A DNA stretch of 64,000 nucleotides, from NCBI RefSeq assembly GCF_006345805.1, contig NC_043007.1:2604001-2668000 (forward strand), in the 5' to 3' direction. The translations under genes were made by a program, and so were the position numbers. Shown one piece after another: positions 26,800-40,885 of this stretch. The stretch comes from Octopus sinensis (taxonomy: Eukaryota). The number at the start of each line of letters is the position of its first letter. Positions within the stretch are counted from its first letter, which is position 1. The notes beneath the pieces are model-generated. The model was not told the origin of the DNA. It made no database searches and saw only the letters and a list, made by a program, of their open reading frames with translations.

Positions 26800-28134
26800 G
26801 TATATATGTATATATATATATACATATATATATACATATATATATATGTGATATATACATATATATATATTTATTAATAAATATGATATATACATATATT
26901 ATGCTATTAATGCATTATATATATATATACATACATATATTATGCTATATATACATTATATATATATTTATATGTATATATTTAGGTTCTATAAAATAAC
27001 AACTATATTTACAGTACCAAAGACATTGAAGAAAATCGTGCCAGAGGCAGCTCGTTTCTCTGAAGTGTATCGATACTGCATTATTGCCAATATAAAACAA
27101 GATAAGGTAATTTAAGGATAAAGGCTTAAAGAATTATGATTTAATAAAATTCAGGCAAAATTATTACAGAAGCAAATTGAAAGAAATGAAGAAGGAAATT
27201 GTATTTCATGGGGAATATTGTGAAACGAACGATCGATAGATAATACGTAAAATCGCTTAGGAGAATATCGTACTGAAGCGAAGTTTTAATAAAATCACCG
27301 AAAAGCAAATAGCAAATTATCGGTGAATAATTTATATAAGTTTCTATATATGAATAGAAAATTCAACTGAAAATTATATTATGAAATAATAATTACTAAT
27401 CCGATATCAGAAACTTACCATAGCCCGTTAATATTTAGTGGAACGAATATAACAAGGAATCGATAAACTAGCGTATGTGAAAAACGTCGGGGAAAAGAGT
27501 TATGAAAATAGTTCGGAAGAATAAAAAATTTCTAATTAGAGAAAACGTATGAGTTATTGATTGATGTGATTTAAAATTTACGAAATAATTTTATGAATAT
27601 AATGTAAATATCCATCCCAAATTCAAGGGTGTATATACTGTAAAATTAGGGTGTACTACGGATGATATACTCTTTTCGTCTATTTAATCCTTCCAATGCT
27701 GTATGGATAACTTTCCACCTTCACGTCCAGTGTATAGTCCGTTATATATAGACTGGACAACATATTTTCTGGTATTTTTTCAGTTCAAGAGAATGGCGAA
27801 ATGAAAAGTTACCCTGTCGCTATGAGAGGCAGACAAGGTAGATAAGGGTATCCGAGGCGAATAAGGCATTCGAAATGATACATTGACATATTAAGGTATG
27901 TAAAAGCATATGGCAACAGAGAAGAACACAGACACATATATACATGCATATATACACACGTATATAAGCGAGGACACACACACACGTGTTCATACACACA
28001 TAAATATATACGTGCATATACATGTATAAACACGATTACATAAACACGCATATATATTTATGTATACATGTGATTATGTAGATATGCATATATATATATA
28101 TATTATTATTATTATTATTATTATTAATAGCAAT

Positions 28135-28295
28135 GGTGACTCAACAAAAGAATGAAAGACACCTCGATATTGTGTAAATAGATGAATTTATCTGTAATAT
28201 ATTTTGATCGCCTCTGCACTGATGAGATGCCAGTGCAGGTTTCCGCCCCGACATCCGAATTCGAAGTTTTATTATGGCAACCGACTAATTGTCAC

Positions 28296-28300
<5 letters not shown>
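28135..28300. mobile_element. Relative of the 26390 family with a degenerate hammerhead core at 28219-28270 (+)
   Basis: AACAAAAGAATGAAAGACACCTC...ATTTATCTGTAAT matches 26408-26466; CTGATGA GATG...CATC C GAAT. Confidence 0.5.
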
Positions 28301-28350
<50 letters not shown>

Positions 28351-28576
28351 ATATATATATATATATATTATGTGAATAGAAAGATGAATAATCTTGTAGC
28401 AGATTATTCAAAAGTTTAACCGATACCTTGGTAGCAAAAATCACAGCAGAAGACAGCACGGTTGGAGGTACAACCATATGGTGTTGCAACCGTGCGTTGG
28501 TGCGGATAATTGAAATTAAAATATTATTGGTGAATTGAAGAAATGGAGCTGAACGAAGATTGAACAGAAATCGTTT

Positions 28577-28669
28577 TATTTCATTCTACACGTGTTTCGA
28601 AAGGCACAATTTACCAAAATCCGATTGAATAATGAGACCATATTGTGTCTTTCTCTTCAGGAAGAAATA
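28577..28669 (-). ncRNA. Type I hammerhead ribozyme (mirror copy)
   Basis: Reverse complement of 28715-28806. Confidence 0.83.
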
Positions 28670-28714
28670 GGAAATCCGCTCTGTTCCGTTTTTGTTTTTT
28701 TCAAACGGATTTCC

Positions 28715-28806
28715 TATTTCTTCCTGAAGAGAAAGACACAATATGGTCTCATTATTCATCGGATTTTGGTAAATTGTGCCTTTCGAAACACGTGTAGAAT
28801 GAAATA
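28715..28806 (+). ncRNA. Type I hammerhead ribozyme
   Basis: Helix I TATTTC-TTC/GAA-T-GAAATA; CTGAAGA 28724-28730; helix II GAAAG.CACAAT/ATTGTG.CTTTC; GAAA 28785-28788; helix III ACACGTGT palindrome; GUA cleavage after 28796. Confidence 0.85.
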
Positions 28807-28876
28807 AAACGATTTCTGTTCAATCTTCGTTCAGCTCCATTTCTTCAATTCACCAATAATATTTTATATATATATA

Positions 28877-28945
<69 letters not shown>

Positions 28946-29401
28946 ATACATATATGTATGTATCAGTCCTGCACGGCCCTGGCGTAAATACCTATACAAT
29001 AAAAGTTATGCTTCCGAGCTTGTTTATATAGAAAACAAAAGTTTGTTTATCACTGCTAGCACACATCTTGACACATTTCCCCTGCAAACACATTTTCCTT
29101 GGTTATCGGAAAACTGAGAGCGGTCAGCGTAGACTCACCGTTTATTACCTTTTTATTAGCGATCGGTTACATGCTGTTTCTTTTTTTTTTCTATTTGTAA
29201 ATGGCAAAATATATGGCAACGTTCCAATATGGTGATATTTATTAACACACACATAAACACATTCATGCACACACGCGCACACACACACAAATACATAGAC
29301 ATACTTATGTTTGTGTATATACATACACATATTTATATATGCATACGCATATACGCACACTATACAAATATATGCATATATATGTTTATATTCATATTTT
29401 A

Positions 29402-29435
29402 GTATTATTATTATCATTATTATTATTATTATTAT

Positions 29436-29480
<45 letters not shown>

Positions 29481-29481
29481 C

Positions 29482-29521
<40 letters not shown>

Positions 29522-29538
29522 ATTATTATTATTATTAT
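29402..29538 (+). repeat. (ATT)n-(AGT)n compound microsatellite
   Basis: Direct reading. Confidence 0.95.
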
Positions 29539-31463
29539 TCGAGAATAACTTACAAAAGTAACTCAGGGTTGAATGTCTTCTACGTACGACTTATCAACGT
29601 TTGATTAAAATATAAATACTCGTGTATTGATTTCTGTTTATCCAGTTTCTTTCAGTGAGTCTCTGTGTGTGTATATGTGCGTGAGTATGCGTGTGTTTGC
29701 CGGTCTGTGTGCGTAAATATGCATGGGTTTTCATGCGTGTGTATATATACAAATCAAGAATCAAAGTTAACGTTGAAATTATCAGCGAAAATTTATATTA
29801 AGTATTGTATTCCCATGTTATATTTACAAAGATCAATTACTTCAATGTTTTAATGGCTGTTTTAGATTTAGTGACGAAAAGAAGACAACAGTATCAGTTG
29901 ATTTAAATTTGATTTCAAGCTTTGGGATTTCTATTTTAATTTACGCGTAAATGTGACTCAGAGATTCACTCATATATTTGCAACCGGTTGACTTGCAGCC
30001 GTGTGAACTTAAACCTATTTTCGATGTTTTTTTTGTCCCAGAAGAAGAAACGGTTAAGTCAACCTATGTGACTTCAGGATTTGCAGAAACAGAGGCTCTG
30101 CCGTAAATATTAACATACATGGATCATTGTTATACTAGTGTTGGACAAGTGATTCGAATGTTTAGAACGGAATGAACTTTACTGAAGTTTCTGAAAAACC
30201 TGGTAATATTGTGAAAGCTGATATCGGTTTGATTTTACTTTTGCTAGAGGGTTATTTCCTACATGTTATGCCTACCAAATGTCAGACGCAGGTCTTTGTT
30301 CAAACCAATACACAGTATACGGGTCTTTTTTAAAGTTACCCCTAATTGTGATCAAATCACAAGCTACTCAGCTACAGGATCCTACGCGCTTACATACAGA
30401 TTACATACCGATCTCTAAAACTCTGAGCATGAATATGACTACCTGGACGTTGAACAAATGTGCAGCTAGATTATACATAAATATTCACACTAAAATTGTG
30501 CGGCTGATTGGACATTTAAGAACGCAGTTTAATTATTTAAGCTCCAGTTTAATCTACAATGATTATCACTATTTCGAGGTTAAACTGTTTTGATGCATTT
30601 ATACAATATTTTATTTTTGTGATAAGAGCTGATAAATGTCTGGTAAATATGTAAAATACATTATACAAGAAGACAATAATTTTTTATTTCGTATTTTTGG
30701 TATTATTTTTGGAATTTTATATTTATATTTGTATATTAAACAAAGAAAACCGCCAGTTTGTTTGTTTTTTTTGGTGATTAGTGACTTTTATGTGTATGAT
30801 ATATTTCAGAATAGACAAAGAGGCAAAAAATAATTGCATTGCATTAAAGACTATTAATTTTTATGTGAGTCTTTAGAGATAGTAACTCTTTAATTGTCGA
30901 AGTATAGCTGAAGGCGTAACACAGTAGTTAAGAATTCTTTCTACAATCAGTAATTATCCGGTTCAATACTACAGCGTTGCATAAAATATTTACCACAATC
31001 TGGAGTAAACGAAAGCCTTGTGAATAAAACCGGCTCGGCAGACACAGATTGGATTCATGACAAATACATCAAAATGTAATTTCTAACTTTTGCTGGTGCA
31101 TTCTCGATTATTTAGCCTCTAAATGACATTAAAGCACTGTATGTTTAATTTTCCCCTCTGTCGCGACTAACATTTGGTGGTTTAGTTAGTAGAACGAATA
31201 AATATTCACCATCAAAATCACCAGGGTTTCTATTATCAACTACATTTCATTTGGGAAACTATATTTAATTTGTGTAACAAATATACAAATATTATCAAAG
31301 TTTGAAATATACGAATACATTAATTTCACAAGCATAGCAAAAAGGCGGCTTTGCAGAGTGTTGCTCCTCGATTTCATACTATTCCGTAGACCCTTCAGAA
31401 ATTCTTCCTATATTTTCACTTGTTGACTTAATGGTTACATGTGTGTGTATGTTTGTTTGTCTG

Positions 31464-31520
<57 letters not shown>

Positions 31521-33205
31521 CTGAGTGTGTGTGCTTTGTGTGTATGTGCACGTGTGAACTTTCATGTTTGTGTATGTGGTTGAGATTGTTGAGGAATATT
31601 TCAGCGATTTAAGCTACGTAGTATTACGAAAGTTCTTTTAAAATATCTTTAAAACGAATATCACACGAATCACTAGGATCGATGTAAGTGAATGACCGAT
31701 GCTTACTCGCCAGCTATACCATATACGTAGCTATGTTACGTATAACCGTGGATAGACTTATAATTAAAAGTTATATAAGAGTGTAAATAATTAAAGGGAA
31801 GAATCAAAAGCATACTTCTTTAGACTATTTTAATCTTATCTTTCGAGGTGAACATTTAAAAATAATATTTTTATCTATACAAGATTTTAAACTCTGAATA
31901 TCACCAGAAATAATTTTGTTGGATATATATAGCAGATTTATTCCAATACCATGCTTATATAAACCAATAATGTCACAGATGCAAGATACTTGCAATTATA
32001 TACCCGAAGAATCTACCGTATTAAGCTGATGTCACCACTGAGCTTATTCTAGTGATTTTTTTTAAAGAACTGTATGGGATCTTTAGACATTTTTCTCGTA
32101 TGAGCCTATGATTTCCTTTCTGGCACAATAAATATTCAATTATTCCTGACTAAAATATCTTTCTCCTCATTAAAAGTTTCCAAAATTCAGCAATATCATT
32201 TGTTGTATATTAATTTTGATCTGGTTCTGACATCTGGTAGTATCACGCCTGTTTAAACAATTTTTAAAAAATCTACCACGCCAATGCTGATCATCAGCAA
32301 ATTATAGGCATGCTCTGAGCTTGTTCTAGAGAGTGTATATAATCTTTTACATCAGATAAATACTTAAGCTCGAGAGAAAAATGTTATTAATCAGGAGTGG
32401 CAAAGTGAGTTTCTATAACCTACACCAAGCCTACGAAACATGAATTCTAAGCATTTGGGAAATGTGTTATATAAAGTGTTTGTAAGCCTAGCGCATACAT
32501 TAGAAGAATGTGCTTGTTTATTGTGAAAAATAAATATAATTAGCGTAAATATGTAATGCCATCGCTCCGTCAGAGACCAGGTGTATAACGTTAGAAGTTT
32601 TCTCTTTTAAATAAAAGCTCCAAATTCGAAATCTCTTTGAATACATATAGGAAATCTTTATCTAAATGTGATATAAATACTAATCAAATGGTCGCCTCCA
32701 AAGACGATTTAATAGTTTGACAAATTGTTACCTCGTGAGCAGTTATTTAATGAAATGTTTACTCACCTGTAACTATAAATGCTTAAATATTTAAGTGTTT
32801 ACCAGAGAAACGTTCCTCATATTTTTTTTAGCAATGTGTCATATCATTCTCAAAAAGAACACAAACGAAATTAAAAGTACACAGGAAATTAATGTCTGCA
32901 CAAAAGTTTAGTTTCAAATAATAATTTCGTAATTAATAGTTATTATCAGTAAACATTTACTTTCCTACGTGAATTTATCAGAAGTATTTTCTACAACAAA
33001 AATAAAGTGAAATTTGCATCCCAGAATTTCTGACTATATATTTAGTTTTCATATCATTAAACATGATCCTTATTCCTTCGCTTTATAAAAACAGTGCATG
33101 TTGTTTTTAGGCTTGCAAACTTTTAATAGAGTAAAAATTATATTGTAATTATTTGGTTAAATATAAGACCATGTTTTTGTGATAATTGGTTGGCAACTCT
33201 CTCTC

Positions 33206-33570
33206 TCTTTACTCTTTTACTTCTTTCAGTCATTTGACTGCGACCATACCGGAGCACCGCATTTAGTCGAGCAAATCGCCCCCAGGACATATTCATTGTA
33301 AGCCTAGTGTTTATTCTATCGGTCTGTTTTGCCGAAATGCTAAGTTACGTGGACGCAAACACACCAGCATCGGTTGTCAAGCGATGTTTGGGGGACAAAC
33401 GCAGACACACAAACATATACACACACGACGGGCTTCTTTCAGTTTCCATCTACTAAATCCACTCACAAGGCTTTGGTCGGTCCGAGTCTATATTCAAATA
33501 CACTTGCCCAAAGTGCAACGCAGTGGGGCTGAACCCGGAACTATGTGTCTGGTAAGCAAGCTACTTACCA
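33206..33570 (-). mobile_element. SINE family 1
   Basis: Homologous to the other family 1 copies. Confidence 0.88.
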
Positions 33571-33668
33571 GAGAGCGACCATAAACTTTGTATTTCCAAC
33601 AGAATGTTTCATATTCGACAATTTGTCACATGACGGAGTTTAGGCGCTTTTTTTATTTATTATTTCAT

Positions 33669-33702
<34 letters not shown>

Positions 33703-34534
33703 TTCTGTCTGTCTATCTGTCTGTCTCCTGCTCTTGGTTTACTAAAGAATAACCTTGGGGATCTGATGTCTCGATGAGGGGCTACATTTTATTTTAATGA
33801 GATTAAAATAACGTTTACAAGAAATAGATATACATAACCTATAAAATGTAGACGTTACCCTTTCTGTCTCTTTTACTTAGGTATACAGTCTAGCAATCTA
33901 GCATCGCATGAGAGGTCATCCGGAAACAAGTAACGCTTGAATACTTCATCATCAACCCACAAGAAATTCGCTTTACCTATTGGCTTTAGATCGAAGTACT
34001 TATTCTACTGCCATTGTTTATCAGAAGCTACCACCGTGACGTCATACCACACTTAAAGGCGTCCTGCAGTGATCTTTCTCGGCTTTTCTCTTGACATAGA
34101 AACTGTCAATATGTCCCCACGTTAAATAAGTTTACACACTATCTCATTCTGGGTAAAACATCCTTAGTTTTCATACTCAAATATATTTATCCTTGATTAT
34201 TTAAGACTATATTCTCAATTTTTTCCAACTTATGTAACATTTCATGTTCGCAAACGTTTTGAATAATATTTCATCTGTAAATTTGAGTCAGAGTGTTGTG
34301 TGTTTTTGTGTCTGTTTTCTTATCCACAATGTCTTATCCACGCCCTCTACATAACATCTCAATCTATTTTCTCTATATAACATAAATTTTCTGTTCACAC
34401 CACCTAATCTTCTCTCCTACGCATTCGTATAACTCTATCCGTGTTATATAAAAATTGACGTCATTACCAATATTTAATAAAATCGTATAACAATGCTTGC
34501 TAAACTTCTGTCTCCCGTCTCCATTTTTAAATAT

Positions 34535-35130
34535 AAGTTAAGTTAAGTTAAGTTAATTGTTTGGCTAAAAAAGCAAAAAGCAAGGCCATGTAGGGGGACA
34601 TGGAGTTATGTACAGGGAGGGTGTTCATGCAAAGATTTCAGGCCATTTCTGATCAAGAGAGACTTTGAACCGAGCGGTCGTCGGCATCTTCACTATCTCG
34701 TCCGGCAGCTTATTCCATGGATCCGCAACCCGGACGGAGAAAGCCCCTCTCCTTCGATTGAGACGAAATCGTCGCAGATAGAGCTTTTCGAGAGCGATCC
34801 CGCAGCCGACGCTCTGGAGCAGGAGTGAAGAACAGCTCTTTCGAGAGGTAATACTTATGATGTTGTGAGCAAGAATGAGATCACCACGGCGTCGTCGTTT
34901 TTCTAGAGAATAAAGGTCGAGCGACTTCAGCCTTTCTTCATAAGACAAATTCTTGAGACCAAGAACCATGCGGGTAGCCAGCTTCTGGACTCTTTCGAGA
35001 TGATGTATGTCTTTGAGGAGATAAGGAGAAGAGGCTTGAATCCCGTACTCCAATATGGATCTCACCAGCGTGACATAGTGCAGTAGGAATATGGCTGCTG
35101 TGAGCATCCCGAATGACCGTCGGATCAAAT
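34535..35130 (-). mobile_element. CR1-like LINE 3' end
   Basis: LVRSILEYG..SPY..KDIHHLERVQKLATRMV..LSYEERL..LEKRRRRGDLI; (TAACT)n tail at ~34535-34557. Confidence 0.88.
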
Positions 35131-35790
35131 ATGTAGATCTAGCATGCCTTTTATCATTTCTCATTTCATTTCATTACATGAAGTAACTTGCTACCTTTTC
35201 ATCATTCTAATTTCATTTTTTCCTGATTTGTCATTCTTTTCATACTTTTATATATAATATCTCGAACTCTACTGCAGCCGTGTTGGGGCACCGACTTGAA
35301 GTGTGTAGCAGAAAAAATCGTTCCTCGTACTTCTCCGTTTTAAGCCTGGGACTTATTCTACAGGCCTCATGCCGAATAGTGGAGAACCCTGCTATACTCT
35401 TTCACTTCAACTTTGCTTCACTCTTTCTTCTTGTATTTCAAGGGGCCAGCCTTGTCACACACTGTGTCACGTTGCATCACCCGAGAACTACGCTAAGGGT
35501 ACCCCTGTCTGTGGAGTACTCAGCCACTTACACGTTATTCCACAGCAGACTGACCGTATATCGGATCAACTGGAACCCTCGTCGTAACCGACGGAATGCC
35601 ACTATTCTAGTATAATTCTCTCCGTTTATAGTTGCCCATGTTTGCTCACACGTTTCTTTTCCCCTCTCGCTGTCTCTTCTGTCTGTCCACCTGTCTCTCT
35701 CTCTCCTTTTCTGCACTTAAATTCAACCAAGCCAAAAGGGTTTTTGTTCTGTATGTTCGAGGTGCTGCATATAAGAAATAACTATATATA

Positions 35791-36200
35791 GGCGCAGGAG
35801 TGGCTGTGTGGTAAGTAGCTTGTCTACCAATCACATGGTTCCGGGTTCAGTCCCACTGCGTGGCACCCTGGGCAAGTGTCTTCTACTATAGCCTCGGGCC
35901 GACCAAAGCCTTGTGTGTGGATTTGGTAGACGGAAACTGAAAGAATCCCGTCGTATATATGTATATATATATATATATATGCGTGTGTGTGTTTTGTGTG
36001 TCTGTGTTTGTCCCCTAGCATTGCTTGACAACCGATGCTGGTGTGTTTATGTCCCCGTTATTTAGCGGTTTGGCAAAAGAGACCGATAGAATAAGTACTG
36101 GGCTTACAAAAGAATAAGTCCCGGGGTCGAGTTGTCGATTAAATGGCGGTGCTCCAGCATGGCCACAGTCAAATGACTGAAACAAGTATAAAAGTATAAA
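35791..36200 (+). mobile_element. SINE family 1, full length
   Basis: GGCGCAGGAGTGGCTGTGTGGTAAG head through to GACTGAAACAAGT tail. Confidence 0.92.
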
Positions 36201-36544
36201 AGATATAAAATATATATATGTGTGTGTGTGTTTGTGCGTGTGCGTGTGCGTGTGCGTGTGCGTGAGGGTGTGAATGGATATAAATATAAGCATATAACAC
36301 GCAGAAAACACTGCCTTCTATAAGCAAACGCTGCATCAACTGTAAATTGTTTACAGTTGATGCACTGCTACCCGCTGTCCTAAATTCACGTTACTGTACT
36401 TTGAGTCTAAAATAGTGAAAATGAACTAAGTTGGTAGGAAAACCTAGTAGTGATCTGTCAACGAGCATGTCAGCCCGCACCGGAACAAGTTCCGGCAGTG
36501 TATTTCTGTAATATAGAATGAAAACGGAAATATATATTTGTGTG

Positions 36545-36784
36545 CACACACACATACATACATACACATACATACAAACATACATATATACATACACATA
36601 CATATATACATACACATACATACATACATACAAACATACATACATACATACAAACATACATACATACATACATACATACATACAAACATACATTCAAACA
36701 TACATATATACATACACATACATACAAACATACATACATACATACATACATACATACAAACAAACATACATACATACATACATA
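36545..36784 (+). repeat. (TACA)n-type imperfect microsatellite
   Basis: Direct reading. Confidence 0.93.
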
Positions 36785-38653
36785 TTTACTGACGGTAAAT
36801 CTCTATATATGTACATAAAAACATGCCTGCACGTATATATCTGGCTAAGTAAACGTATGTGTATCTTATATTTCTGTGTATAGCTGTCCATTTTTTGTAG
36901 CTGCTCTACTCTTAAGCCCCTCATGTTCTAAGAATAATATTCTATTTATTTTCTTGATAAAATATCGCAGCAGTATTATTCGTATCAATCGTATTAATAA
37001 TAAAATACAAAAGAATACATCAGGATAATCGTGTCAAAAAGCTTCCTTTAGGAAAATTAAAGTCTACACGACATTGTACTCCTCTATTTTGAGTACATTA
37101 AATCTACGGTATAACGCGGTTCGCCTATCGATGTTAATTATTTAAGCTTACGTCCATTCCTCCGTGATGTTGTTTTGCATTGATAATAAAATAAATATAT
37201 ACAAATTATAAACATAATTAAGAACTACAGTGCTGCTTCTAGTTCGCGGATATTCACCTATCGCGTGAGGTTATGGAACGTATCACCTGCGATAGTCGAG
37301 GGATTCATGTATATCCAATTATAAAGATATACTTGGCTTTGTGATTACTTTTCTAACATAAGTGTGTCATTCATGTTTTACAAATATTGAAATGTTTCGA
37401 CAGCCTTGTAAGGAATATAAATGTCTGTGAATGGAATGTTGATACAAAAGCAGCATATACATTCTTAAAGCACGTATCATTTCTATATATACTACTTTAT
37501 ATTAAATTCTCAGAGACAGGTGGTTTGTGTATCAACTGATATCTAAGTTTCAGCAATAATATCAATGTTTATATATCCATAAATATACAAATATTCACAC
37601 CAAATCTCTGGAATATCAAACAATAAAAGTATCTTAACAACTAATAATTTCTTCCCGATGAAATTGCTAAGTATTCACTATTTGGAATAAAATTTACTGC
37701 AAGGCAAAATACATGATACTCAAAATAGCAGATACGATTGCTTGCCTAGTTTTCCAGAATTACTATCAGAAGCTTAAGACAAAACTAAGTAAATTCTGAA
37801 ACCAACGTTTACATTCTATGAGTTGTATTCAGTAGAAATAACTATGTAGATTCAAAACAATATCTGTTAAACACATTGACCTGACTATCATAAATATACC
37901 AATTACTTTTAGTACAGTGTCTGCGGATGATTTTGTACGACTTGAAATATTTATAAATAACAAATTCTGACACTAATTTTATTTTAAGGGGTAATATTTG
38001 AAAGAAGTGCAGAACCTATGAGTTTTATTAATTTTTGAGGCCCCCTGTAACATTTAGAAAAGTTTAGGAATGTTATCAATATAACAGAAGAACTGAATGC
38101 TTAAAGAGATAAGTGAAGCAGTTTCAAAGCCTCGAAGGTCAAAGTGGTTGTGTTGAACTGCGCAGGAGATCAAGTATGTCAACAACATATTTCGACAGTT
38201 GGCAGCAGATTAAATAGATATCGTACCTTCGTTAAAATCATAGCCCTGAATATTTAAGACCATATAATGCAAATCACGAACGGTCCCAAACGATTTCCGC
38301 CTTGCTTAAAGAAGTTTGTACACCAGGACGGAATTAGATTCTAATCGAACCTACACAGTTTAAAGCATATCTCTAAACATTCCTTTGGATAGAGAAAGAA
38401 GCGTAAAAAATGAATGCTATGTTCATAATTTATTCATTGTATTAACTGTTATTTAATTAGTAAAGTATAAAATATTCGATTAGCCCAAGGCAAAACATTG
38501 TCAACATCTGGACTGTATTCAGTTAAAATATAAACGTAGCTTTAATAGCATCATCGCCTGTAAACATTCTACATTGATTCGTTTATCATAGAACCCAGTA
38601 GGTTTTACGCCTACATATATATATATATATGTATATGTATATATATATATATG

Positions 38654-38705
<52 letters not shown>

Positions 38706-40492
38706 TGTGGGTGTGGGTGTCTGTTTGAGTTGTGTGTTAATACACTTGTAATTCGGACGATCAGTTTCGTCCGTTATAATGGCTCGCTAAAAATGCAATA
38801 CTCCGATCAATAGAACAGAGATATTTCATTAAAATGCTGGTTATGCTCAAATGGACAACCAAATGGCTTTTGCGTCATACTACTGCAGAAGTTGTATCAT
38901 TATGCGAGTTATTTAAACTCATTTTCAACAAATAATTTTCTTGGAATGAGAAATTGAACAATGAAAATCGTAGCAACACTGGAGAATGTAACTGATGAAT
39001 GAACAAAATGAGGTAATAAATATACAAATATTATGAAATAGATACGTTTCATTGTAAGATATGTATTGTAAAATACCAAACTGGCAGTTTGATCGCTCAT
39101 ATATATAACTGATAAGTGTGCAACAGTTATTGAGATAAGTATAACCAGCCTACAAAGTCTGTGCAATGGTGATTGATAACTGTGAAGTTGTCATTTAATA
39201 TATGAGAAACTATGGAAAGTAGTTCACAATAAAACTAATATTCAACGTCAAAGTAAGAAAAATGAATATCTTTAGACATTATTTCATCAATCATGAATTG
39301 AAAAATGAACTTCAATGTAAATATTTCTAATTTGGTTATCTTAATAATAGAAGAAAATAATTTAATATTATATTCTTAATATTTACACTAGATGCATCTC
39401 TCTCACACAGTTCTGCCATTTTTAGCATATAATTCCTCAGTATGAAATTACTATAATTCACATTGTGTTCGTAATTTGACAGCATGTAAATTTACCAGTA
39501 GCCCATATGTCTAGCTCGCTAGCACTAGATAATAATCATTTTTTTCTGAACAATTTCAATGCTTACTGTATCGATTCTGTGAATAGAGAAAAGGATTGAA
39601 GAAAATTGGATATTAACAAATGAAAATATCGAGAAAACAAAGCTGACTTTATTCAGAGCTAACTTTGAAATTCACTGAATGCTCTTTTACAAATAAAAGT
39701 TCTAGAACATTTTAAACAATTTCTATTCCGAACTGATCAAATGCCATTCATGGGTAATTGTCGGACAATTCTTACTCACTTTATTTGGAATCAAATGTTC
39801 CATACGTTTTCAACTGAATAATATTTAATAAATAAAAGATAAAATGCAAGGATAATTGAATACTGGAAGTGAAAGTGAAACTATAACTATTGTGTCAATG
39901 TACAACTATGCAATGCAGCATTGTGCACCACAGGCTTAATAATATGCAGCTGGTAATATTCACACAACTAGACAATAAGTTTGAGAGCAAATATTCGTGT
40001 TTCATTATGTTTAAAAGGCAAAAATTCTGATATAAACTGCTCATGTGCTAATAGGCAATGATATATCTGGAACAAGACTATGAAAGCATTTTAATAATCT
40101 AAATTAAAAATCAAAGAAAAATATTAATGCTTCCATCCATGAAACACTCAAAGAACAACGGCAATAAAATTGATATAATTATTAACATCTCGCAGTTACT
40201 ATAGATTCTAATACAAACAAATAACCGACGAGAAATTCATTCTAAATAACAGACGTTGCTCGAAGTGTTAGCTCTATAATTATTTAGTATCTGATGTACA
40301 AGGGAAACCTAATAGTTGATGCAGCATTGTTTTGTCAGATACAAATACACATAGTAAATAGAATGAATTTCATGACCTTTCCTCTACCGAGCCATCCATC
40401 ATTTCTCGATTGGTCAATACAATTGAGTAAAGGGACCATTCAACTTGTTTAAATAGAAAGCTGGCTTTGTACGCCAAGTAGCTCTCGTGAAA

Positions 40493-40885
40493 TCTCCATT
40501 ATATATAAAGCCGAAGTTGTCTGTGTATGACAGGTTTGGTAGCCTTCAATTAACACCATCTCCTCCGAGACCCTCTGGCGCACGTTGACCAAAATTGAGA
40601 GTATGATAGAAGAAGGCTTGGTCTTACTTCCATAGAATAAAAAATTCAAATCGGACCATGTTAACACCAAACATTATTTACGTCAAAAAGGTGCTTTTTT
40701 TCTATGAAAATCCCTATTTTTTACGATTTTTTGACTGCCGTGTCGCCATTTTTCGGTGTATTTCAACCAGAAAAATGTTCACTTAAAGAGAATAACAAGC
40801 TACATAATGCAAAGTTTTTACTTTTCAAAAATTCCAATTCTAAATAGTCGAAACAAACCCGAGCAACGCCGGGCGATACTGCTGG
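40493..40885 (+). mobile_element. Non-autonomous Helitron
   Basis: 5' TC after A; 3' subterminal hairpin CCCGAGCAACGCCGGG followed by CTGG (CTRR) and then T; no TSD. Confidence 0.75.

Larger units (their letters stand above)
28517..28866. repeat. Near-perfect ~161-bp inverted repeat with a 27-nt spacer; each arm carries a hammerhead
   Basis: Arms 28517-28678 and 28706-28866 differ by only one indel as far as I can see. Confidence 0.93.

Noticed and set aside
37060-38050. Possible Tigger/mariner terminal remnants (TACAGTG...CATGTA; ...CCCCCTGTA)
   Set aside because: Termini too degenerate to pair with confidence
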